NCBI GenBank assembly: GCA_965205905.1
Contig: CBDBHZ010000012.1
Location: 79,528 to 143,527 of the forward strand
Length of the DNA stretch: 64,000 nt
Source: Alphaproteobacteria bacterium
GTDB lineage: Bacteria; Pseudomonadota; Alphaproteobacteria; JABAAW01; JAHZMA01
Direction: 5' to 3'
Made by a program: the position numbers and the translations under genes
Part shown: positions 20,957 through 28,900 of the stretch, piece after piece
How positions within the stretch are numbered: position 1 is the first letter of the stretch
How the letters are laid out: the number at the start of each line of letters is the position of its first letter
The notes under the pieces: model-generated
What the model saw: the letters and a program-made list of their open reading frames with translations, nothing else
The model's database searches: none
Told to the model about the DNA's origin: nothing

Positions 20957-22304
20957 ATACTTGCGAAGGCAACCATGTAATCAGCGGAGGAAAGAGCATA
21001 CACAAAGTGAGCCCAAATAATTGTATCCCCAAAAATGGTAATGACGCCTTAAAAATATCAGACATTGGAATATCATCTGGCGCAACCCCACGCAGATAAA
21101 ATAGCGCATAGCCAAATGGCGGGCTTAAAAAGCTCATTTGCATATTCACCAAATACATCACGCCAAACCATAGGATTAAATCATTGGGGTCAGAAAGTCC
21201 GAAGGCGGCTGCCCCTAATGTTTTGATAATTGGCACAAAAATCGGCACACATAAAAGCAAGATACCCACCCAATCTAAAAACATTCCTAACACGACCAAT
21301 AATATTTGCATGAATATCAAAATCCCCCACGGACCTAAACCTGTGCCGATTAAGGCATCGGTTACAAATTGTTGCCCGCCTTGAATAACATATAGCCCCA
21401 CAAAAATCGTTGCGCCAAACATAATCCAAATCACCATCGAGCTTGCTTTTAAGGTTGTGGTGCAAGCCTCTCGGATGGTTACCCAATCTAATCTACGGTG
21501 CAAGGCTGCCACAATAATCGCCCCGAAAGTGCCAATGCCCGCAGCTTCCACAGGGGTGGCAGCACCTGAAAATAAAACGCCAAACACAACTAAAATTAAG
21601 ATGATTGGGGCTGCCATATTTTTTGTGATACGTAATTTTTCGGCAACATCTATGCGCTCTTCTTCTGCAATCGGTGGCCCTAATGTTGGGTCAATATAAC
21701 AGCGGATACTGATATATAAAATATATAATCCAGACAGCATCAGACCCGGTATCACCGCGCCGATAAATAATTCACCCACTGATTGTTCGGCAACAACAGC
21801 GTAAATAATCGCTAAAATCGATGGCGGAATCAATATCCCTAATGTGCCACCTGCCATGATTGCGCCCATCGCGATTTTGGTATCGTACTGACGCTTCAGC
21901 ATTGCGGGCAAGGCGATAATCCCCATCGTTACAACGGCAGCGCCAATCACGCCAACCATCGCCGCCAATATTGTAGAGGCAATCACAGTTGCTGATGCAA
22001 GCCCACCACGTAAACCGCCCAGCAATTTATAAATCACATCAAACATATTTTTGATGATGCCCGCGCGTTCTAACATCGCCGCCATAAAGATAAATAAAGG
22101 GATTGCCGATAATTGGTAATCGGTCATAATCGGGAAAATGCGGCTTGGCACAATATTTAATGTTTGGGCATCGCCTAGAATGAATAAAAACACACATGCC
22201 AGCCCACCAGTTACAAATGCCAAAGGCAAGCCTGCCAATAATAGCACCAATAGGCTACCAAACATGATTAATGTCAGCCACCCTATGCCTATTTCAATGC
22301 CCAT
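20949..22304 (-). CDS. dctM: TRAP transporter large permease
   Basis: 451 aa polytopic membrane protein with DctM-family conserved segments. It sits between the dctQ-like and glcD genes. Confidence 0.85.
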   Translation of the reverse strand: MGIEIGIGWLTLIMFGSLLVLLLAGLPLAFVTGGLACVFLFILGDAQTLNIVPSRIFPIMTDYQLSAIPLFIFMAAMLERAGIIKNMFDVIYKLLGGLRGGLASATVIASTILAAMVGVIGAAVVTMGIIALPAMLKRQYDTKIAMGAIMAGGTLGILIPPSILAIIYAVVAEQSVGELFIGAVIPGLMLSGLYILYISIRCYIDPTLGPPIAEEERIDVAEKLRITKNMAAPIILILVVFGVLFSGAATPVEAAGIGTFGAIIVAALHRRLDWVTIREACTTTLKASSMVIWIMFGATIFVGLYVIQGGQQFVTDALIGTGLGPWGILIFMQILLVVLGMFLDWVGILLLCVPIFVPIIKTLGAAAFGLSDPNDLILWFGVMYLVNMQMSFLSPPFGYALFYLRGVAPDDIPMSDIFKASLPFLGIQLFGLTLCMLFPPLITWLPSQVYG

Positions 22305-22351
22305 TATTTATCTCCTCAATTCTTGCGATATTATGATATTCATGCCCATAT

Positions 22352-23581
22352 TCATACATTGCTTTGCCTGATGACATCAATATCTTTTAATAATTTTGAA
22401 ATTCCTTGCAACAATAATAATATCGCCCCTACCACCATTCCAAATTTAATCGGCCAATATTGTATCGCCCATTCGGTGAACGAAACTTCCATCTGCCCTA
22501 ATGAATCAAACGCGAAAATCAATCCTGTTACCAATAATGTGCCAACAAAAATGAAGAAGAACACAGATGTTACGATATCAACGATGGCTTTTTTGCGGGC
22601 AGAAAATTTTGCATAAAAAATATCAACCCTCACATGGCTATTGGTGAGATAGGCGTAGGCGCCAGCCATTAAATATTGCATACCAAACATGAGAAACATC
22701 GATTCATGCGCCCAATTTGTAGGTGAATTAAACACGTAACGCACTGTTACTTCGTAATAATAAACAAACACCGCAATCACCGACCAATAGGCAACATATT
22801 CGCCTGAAAAAAGTGATATTTGGTCAATTTTTCTGATAAGTCCCAGTTTTTTATAAACGAAATCTGAGTCATTTTCCAACTCAGCTTGCAATTCAGGTGC
22901 TTCTGTATCGTCAGCCTCCGCCTGTTGCATTGCCAGTTTTTGATTGGCTTTTGCCACCATTTTAGGAAGCAAAATAGCATCAGCAATCATTAAAATAATC
23001 ACCGCAATAAAGGCGATAAGCGCGTAACTTCCCCATTTTTCTTTTTGCCCCGATGTTTGCCCCGCCACAGCTTGTAAGATGGTTAATTCATCGCGACCAT
23101 CACTCATGCGTGTTGCTATATCTTGTTTTTGCGCGGTTAATTTATCCAATTTACGTTGATGACGCTGATAATCGTTTGACTCGGCATCTTTATCAGCTTC
23201 GGCTTCCGCCATCAGCTGCTTGGTCTCCACCATATCTTCATCAATGTTGAGGCTCTTTTTTGCGTTCCGCGCCATCGATGATTCTAGCGCCGTAACATTT
23301 GCCACACTATCAGAATGCGTTACCCTTGCCTTATTTGCCGATGATGAGGCAAATAGAATGGTGGCGAATAACGCGCAAAACACAATTCCTAACAGGTTTT
23401 TGAGGTAAAAGCGATGCAGACCTAAAAATCCGCCCACCAGCCAAATGAAATAGGCAATATTATTTTGATAAGTCGTCGTTCTATTCAGCGTTTTGCGTGC
23501 CAAATACATCGCAATTAGCGGGAAAGCAAGTATCCCCACCCAATAAAACCAATGAGGCAATGTAAAATTAACGTCAGGCAT
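22352..23581 (-). CDS. TRAP small permease (DctQ) domain fused to an N-terminal TM2-domain plus a coiled-coil/charged linker (409 aa)
   Basis: The C-terminal ~170 aa are DctQ-like (4 TM helices). The N-terminus has ..FIWLVGGFLGLHRFYLKNLLG.., a TM2-domain (G.HRFY.G) hallmark, followed by an ~150 aa Ala/Glu/Lys/Gln-rich segment. The reading frame is continuous. Confidence 0.7.
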   Translation of the reverse strand: MPDVNFTLPHWFYWVGILAFPLIAMYLARKTLNRTTTYQNNIAYFIWLVGGFLGLHRFYLKNLLGIVFCALFATILFASSSANKARVTHSDSVANVTALESSMARNAKKSLNIDEDMVETKQLMAEAEADKDAESNDYQRHQRKLDKLTAQKQDIATRMSDGRDELTILQAVAGQTSGQKEKWGSYALIAFIAVIILMIADAILLPKMVAKANQKLAMQQAEADDTEAPELQAELENDSDFVYKKLGLIRKIDQISLFSGEYVAYWSVIAVFVYYYEVTVRYVFNSPTNWAHESMFLMFGMQYLMAGAYAYLTNSHVRVDIFYAKFSARKKAIVDIVTSVFFFIFVGTLLVTGLIFAFDSLGQMEVSFTEWAIQYWPIKFGMVVGAILLLLQGISKLLKDIDVIRQSNV

Positions 23582-23673
23582 AGGCGCGTTTCCAATTTCA
23601 TAAAAACAGCTTGCGCCACCTTAAATGCACTTTAAAATGCAGATGGCACAGGCTGATGATAAACAGGTGATGC

Positions 23674-24801
23674 TTAAACTTTTAAGCTATAACCTTTAAT
23701 TTGGTCTGGCGTTACATAACCCAGCGACCCTGATAACATATAATCAAGCTGAATTTTGAACACCCGTGCGGCATATTTATCTTTATTTGCCCACGCAAAC
23801 CATCTTTCCACCGCAATTTCAGTAACCGCTTCCACATCATCTTGGCTCAAGCGGGTGATTTTTGTGCCATCTGCTTCAAACTTTTTCCATGCTTCTTGGT
23901 CAGCCACTTGGATTTTTGCATGATGCTCAATCGAATATGACCGCACTTCGTTATGCACAAAGGTTTTCAAGTTTTTCGGCAATTTCTGCCAAGTTTTCAT
24001 GCCAACGGTTAAATCCATGACATCAACGGGTTGATAAATTGACATAAATCCGGGAGGCCCCATCGAGATATAGTCAGTTACCTGCCCAAAGCCGAGCGCG
24101 TAATTGACTGCTGGCCCAACATAATCGGCAACATCAATCGTTCCTTTTTCCAATGCGGGGAAAATTTCTGAACCCGGTAGTAATGTGGTTTTCGCACCTA
24201 ATTTTTGGAACACTTCGGCAACCATACCACCCGGTAGACGCATTTTACGCCCGCGGAAATCATCAATCGAGCGAATAGGAACTTTAGAATGAATGATATT
24301 CGGGCCATGATGAATCGGGCCAACATAATACATGCCCTGCTTGGCGAATAATTCACGGGCGATTTCTAAGCCACCCAAGCCATAATAAAACACATCCCAT
24401 TCATGCGGGTTACGCATACTAAGCGGGTAAGATGATAAGAAAACCGATGCTGGAATACGCCCCGCCCAATAGAGTGTAAAGGGGTTCATGCCTTGAATCA
24501 CGCCATTTTTAACGGCATCAAATAGTTGAAAATCGCCAACCACGTCTTTTGCGCCAAAGGGGATAAATTCAAGCTCGCCACCGGTTTTTTCTTTGATTGA
24601 GTTACACCAATCTTTGAAGATTTGCAAGCCAACACCGCCGGGCCATGATGTTTGAATTTTCCATTTGATTGTTTTACCAGCGGCTGTGGCAATAGCGGGT
24701 GCGGCTAATGCGCCCACGCCTGCGATACTTGCGACTGCTGCGGTCTGAGTTAAGAATTTGCGCCGCGATTTAATATCGCTATTATCTGCACTATTTGTCA
24801 T
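23674..24801 (-). CDS. dctP: TRAP transporter substrate-binding protein (DctP family) with a twin-arginine-like signal peptide
   Basis: 375 aa. N-terminus ..KSRRKFLTQTAAVASIAGVGALAAPAIATAAG (S-R-R-x-F-L Tat motif followed by AxA), then a DctP-fold body. Confidence 0.85.
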   Translation of the reverse strand: MTNSADNSDIKSRRKFLTQTAAVASIAGVGALAAPAIATAAGKTIKWKIQTSWPGGVGLQIFKDWCNSIKEKTGGELEFIPFGAKDVVGDFQLFDAVKNGVIQGMNPFTLYWAGRIPASVFLSSYPLSMRNPHEWDVFYYGLGGLEIARELFAKQGMYYVGPIHHGPNIIHSKVPIRSIDDFRGRKMRLPGGMVAEVFQKLGAKTTLLPGSEIFPALEKGTIDVADYVGPAVNYALGFGQVTDYISMGPPGFMSIYQPVDVMDLTVGMKTWQKLPKNLKTFVHNEVRSYSIEHHAKIQVADQEAWKKFEADGTKITRLSQDDVEAVTEIAVERWFAWANKDKYAARVFKIQLDYMLSGSLGYVTPDQIKGYSLKV

Positions 24802-24920
24802 TATAAATCTCCCTTTTAAATATCAAACTTACCAACAATCTCACTTATGAAATTCTTGATAATTGCATTTTACAGATATGATTTGTTAATGTCAACTCAT
24901 TATTTTGATAATAAGATTAA

Positions 24921-25090
24921 AGGGGGGCAAACACGGTAGGAGTATTGAGTACGGCGGTGGGGGGTTGTTGAGGCAAGCACGGGAGGAGTATTGAAATACA
25001 GCGGGGGGATTATCAAGGGGGGTACGCGCAAGGGAGCGGACGTAAGTCTCGCGACCGAGAAGTTGCGCCGCACCCCCCTTGATACAATAA
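24921..25090. repeat. Intergenic repeat element copy A (~170 bp; poly-G tracts, ~40-bp internal sub-repeats, terminal 12-bp inverted repeat tatcaagggggg / ccccccttgata around a ~50 nt loop)
   Basis: Read directly. Sub-repeats ggagtattgagtacggcggtgggggg / ggagtattgaaatacagcgggggg. Inverted-repeat arms at 25011-25022 and 25074-25085, ending ..cttgatacaataa. A homologous copy lies at 25690-25878. Confidence 0.7.
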
Positions 25091-25092
25091 TG

Positions 25093-25299
25093 CTATTTTT
25101 CTGTGGGCTCTAATGCGCGGGTGGGGTCTCCAACGATGATGGCGCGTTGCAACATATCCAGACGTTCAGGTGTCATAATGCTTTGTGGCACATAATCATC
25201 TCGGTTGATATATTCCTCGATGCCTTCGATAAGTTCTCTTTCTTCTTCATCGCAATAGCCATCAATGAATGGTTCAAATGATTCCATTTCTTTTTTCAT
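25093..25299 (-). CDS. Hypothetical small acidic protein (68 aa)
   Basis: ORF with a 4-nt overlap (translational coupling) to the upstream 122-aa ORF. No family recognised. Confidence 0.4.
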   Translation of the reverse strand: MKKEMESFEPFIDGYCDEEERELIEGIEEYINRDDYVPQSIMTPERLDMLQRAIIVGDPTRALEPTEK

Positions 25300-25664
25300 T
25301 GGCTAGAGGCTATTTTTTCAGTTGATTCAGTATTACTCGCGTTATTTGAAGATTTATTTAAGATAGCAACATCAACGGCAATATTCCGTAAGGTTTCATT
25401 AACCTCGTCAAATTTTGCATCTATTTTATCAAACCCTTTCGTTACATCAGCACGTAGATTTTTGACATCGTCATCTATGTTATTTACTTTTGCATCTAAT
25501 GCTATGACGTTTGAGTATAAGCCAGATATGAAAAAACTACCTGATAAAAGAGCGGTTCCCACTGCCAACACCACGCCAGCAATAACGCCAGTTACTGACG
25601 CAACCATCCACCATTTCTTTAAGTTTACCATACCAGAATTTATCATTATATTTTCTCCTTTCAT
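25296..25664 (-). CDS. Hypothetical membrane-anchored coiled-coil protein (122 aa)
   Basis: N-terminal hydrophobic helix (WWMVASVTGVIAGVVLAVGTALL) followed by heptad-like DAKVNNIDDDVKNLRADVTKGFDKIDAKFDEV. It is the first gene of a two-gene cassette bracketed by repeat copies A and B. Confidence 0.45.
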   Translation of the reverse strand: MKGENIMINSGMVNLKKWWMVASVTGVIAGVVLAVGTALLSGSFFISGLYSNVIALDAKVNNIDDDVKNLRADVTKGFDKIDAKFDEVNETLRNIAVDVAILNKSSNNASNTESTEKIASSQ

Positions 25665-25689
25665 ATATTTGTTTTATTTTATATGAGAT

Positions 25690-25878
25690 GGGGGTGGGTG
25701 TCAAGAAGTTCTCGATGGGAGTGTTAGGTACAGCGGTGGGGGGGGTGGTGAGGGGTGAGGCAAGCTAGATATGAGTATGAGGTATGGCGGGGGGATTATC
25801 AAGGGGGGCATCACGAGCTGATTGGCGCACCGCCAGAATCAGCGAAGTGTATGTCGCACCCCCCTTGATACAATAACG
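25690..25878. repeat. Intergenic repeat element copy B (~190 bp), homolog of copy A with the same terminal inverted repeat and G-tracts (G8 at 25738-25745)
   Basis: Read directly. gcggtggggggggtggtgaggggtgaggcaagc...ggcggggggattatcaaggggggca...gtcgcaccccccttgatacaataa. The ends are conserved and the central loop is divergent relative to copy A. Confidence 0.7.
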
Positions 25879-25880
25879 AC

Positions 25881-25915
25881 AACAAAAAAGGCGCGGTGCT
25901 TGAGAGCATCGCGCC
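25881..25915 (-). terminator. Rho-independent terminator of the minus-strand giant lipoprotein gene
   Basis: Stem GGCGCGGTGC (25890-25899) / GCATCGCGCC (25906-25915) with a 6-nt loop. On the minus strand it is followed by TTTTTTGTT (complement of 25881-25889). It lies 22 nt downstream of the stop at 25938. Confidence 0.75.
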
Positions 25916-25937
25916 TTTGGTATTTAGTCTCTATCGG

Positions 25938-28900
25938 TTAATTATTCGGGTTATCCGCGCCGAAGAAGCCTACGAAGCTTGAGGTTTCACCGCTTACCGA
26001 GAATGTGCCGCCTAATTCTTCTGATGCTGGTCCGTAAAATCTGGCATTGGCTGTGCCTGATAATTCCGTGCCGTCAGCATCAACCGTGTCAAAATCTAAA
26101 TCAGTGCCTGCGGTTTTAACCGTGCCATTGATTTCGTTTGTGCTATAATTTAATGTGCCAGTCATATTCAAGTGTTTGTTAGCGCTGTCTCCACAAGGAT
26201 TAACGTTACTGCTAGAGCATGTTTCGGTTGTGTTGAAAGTGATACCCTTCGCTGGTTGGCTAAAATCAACTGTTGCTGTTACCTTAAAGTAACGTTCATG
26301 ATGAGTGCTAGCAGTCGTATTATATCTGCCACGACCTTTTCCTGTAAATGTTACTTCGCCTGCATCGGTTGGAATAGCAGCAGTTTCAAAACCAGTAATG
26401 ACATAACCTTTATCATACGTGTCAATCCCCCAAAAAAGTGTTGCCATATATTGTGCGGTAAAGCCATAATTAATGGAGGGTGTTCTGTTGAAATTAAACT
26501 CTATCGGATCCACACCATCGCTACTGAAGAAATTTGTGCCACTACCTTGAAAGTAAGTGTCATCAGCATTAGTTGCTGTAACAGTATGTTTTCTATCACC
26601 GATATAGGTTGAAACGCTTGTGATATTACCAAGACTACTATAGGTGATTTCAGCGACGCCACTTGTATAATGATAATTGTTGATTGTTTCAGCAGTGGTA
26701 TCTTTGTTTGTTCGCACTGCATTGCTCGTGCGGAGGGTGAGAGGGTTATTGGCAATATTATTCTTACGCTCCTCATCAGCAAAACCATCTGTGTAATCAG
26801 CAATATCAGCAAATGTAGTTGGCACATTATACGTCATGCCATCGCCTACATCGTCATAAGTTGCCTGCGTTGCTTTCACCTGCGTTGTTACCAACCAACC
26901 ATCGCGTTGCGCGCCGAAATAGCCTGTATAGCCTATACCTCCGTTGGCGAAGCTGAATGTGCCACCTAATTCGACGGCACCTGTTCCGTAAAATTTAGCA
27001 TTGGCATCGCCCGTAAGGCTTGTGGTGCTACCAGCATCATAGCTAAAGTCAGTACCCGTGCCATCTGTATCCGTATATGCGGCGTAGGCACCGCCTTTGG
27101 TGGTGAGTGCTTCGCCACCAGTATTATTGGTGCTTAAATCATTATCGCCATCGGCGTATGTTAATGTGCCAGTGAAGTCGAGGTCAGGGCGGGATGTAGC
27201 AGTGCAATGATTCTCTCTTAAACATGTTTTGGTGCTTGATAATGTTACTGTGCGCGCACTAAAATCAACATTGGCATTAATATCAAAATAATATAGAACA
27301 ACACCAGTATTACTAGCATCAAGGCTACCAGCACTATAACGTCCTTTCCCTGCGCCTGTGAAACTGATATTTTGATAGCCTTTCAGGATATCATCGCCAT
27401 CAGTGGTAAAGCCAAAAATGCCATAGCCAATTTCATAGGTTTTATTACCCATACCATCAGCAACACTTGCCACACTCCATTCAATCAGTGCCAGATAGTT
27501 TGGCACAACACCGAAACTTGATGTATCTCTGCTGAAAATAAATGTATACGGGCTATCAATCTGATTACTATTTGTAGTATAAGCCAAAGAAACTTCACCA
27601 CCAACTGAAGCTCCACCTACACCTGCATTATATAATCCACTCGCTGCCTTATATTTTGTCTCATCAAAATATGCTGTTAGGCTGGTTGGATCAATCGGAG
27701 CATTAGTAGTATTATTATATTTATATTTAACCACGCCACCGCTGATAATATCACTGGTAACAGTTTTATTAATACCATCATGGGTGATGCTCACCAGATT
27801 GTCGATTTCAAAAGTGGCTGTTTTATTTTTGCGGACATCATCATTAAAACTTGTGAATGGTAAGGTGAAATCTGTTGGCAGATTATCGCCTGCAACCATG
27901 CCATCATTATCTGAATCGGTTGTGGTAGTGGTTTCATTAACAATATAACCAATCTCGCCCCCAAAGAAGCCCACATAGGCTGCATTGTCGCTTGTGAGGT
28001 TGAATGTGCCGCCGAATTCGTTGGATTCTGGTCCGTAGAATTTAGCAGTTGCATCGCCTGTTAAACCGCTTGTGGTTTCAACATTATCGAATGCAAGGTC
28101 GTTACCTGTGAATTTCGCCATATCGGTTGTGCCGTAATCTACACTTGCTGTGAAATTAAGGTCAGCGCGCGCTGTGCCACAACTTACGCCAGTGCATGTG
28201 CCTGTGCTTGCCAATGAAACCGTGCGGTTGCCAAAATCAACATTGGCATTGATATTAAAGTTAGTGCTTATATTGCCAAAGCTATCAGAATAGCGACCAA
28301 CGCCCGCACCTGTAAATATAGTTGTGCCAGCAGCTAATGGCGCGACGGTTGCAAAACCTGTGATGCCATAGCCTACTGTTACTTTGGTTGAATCATCTGT
28401 ACTATCCGTAATGTCGGTATCATCTGTTAATACCCATCTCACCCTTGCCATATAATTTGCGGCGGTATCACCAAATGAATTTCTGCTTAAACTAAGATAA
28501 GCAGGGGCAATATTATCACTACTGCCCAGCGTGTAAGCTGTCTTATTAGCATTAAGCTCCTCATCAGTGGTTACCGCACCTTCTGTCCAATATTTTCTAT
28601 CACCAAGATAGATTGAGAGCGGTTTGCCTGAGCCTGCAAAATTGCCACCTGCATAATCAAACACAACCACGCCATTGGTGAAAATATCGTTATTTATCGA
28701 CTTATCCACAGAATTTCTGGTTATCTGCACGAAATTGGCAGATAAAGCATTGTCTAGCGTGCCGGTTTTAGCCGAATCGGTAAAGTTTGCGAGTGTATTC
28801 GAGTTTAATGTTGTCGGCACTGTTTCGGTTACGAGGTTTTCGGGGTCTGTATTATCCGTTACAATCTCAGCCAATGTTGCGGTGGTGATGGTTGCGGTGG

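Noticed and set aside
24802-25092. Searched intergenic gaps (7588-7806, 17110-17190, 24802-25092, 25665-25937, 31772-31937, 55252-55363, 58409-58516, 62320-62454) for tRNA, tmRNA or rRNA
   Set aside because: No cloverleaf-compatible sequence, GTTC..A T-loop motifs or rRNA-like conserved stretches were seen. The G-rich repeats do not fold as tRNA.
24921-25878. Repeat elements A and B as an IS element or integron attC
   Set aside because: No transposase or integrase ORF lies between or near them. The enclosed genes are two small non-enzymatic proteins. The element size and structure fit MITE/REP-like repeats better.
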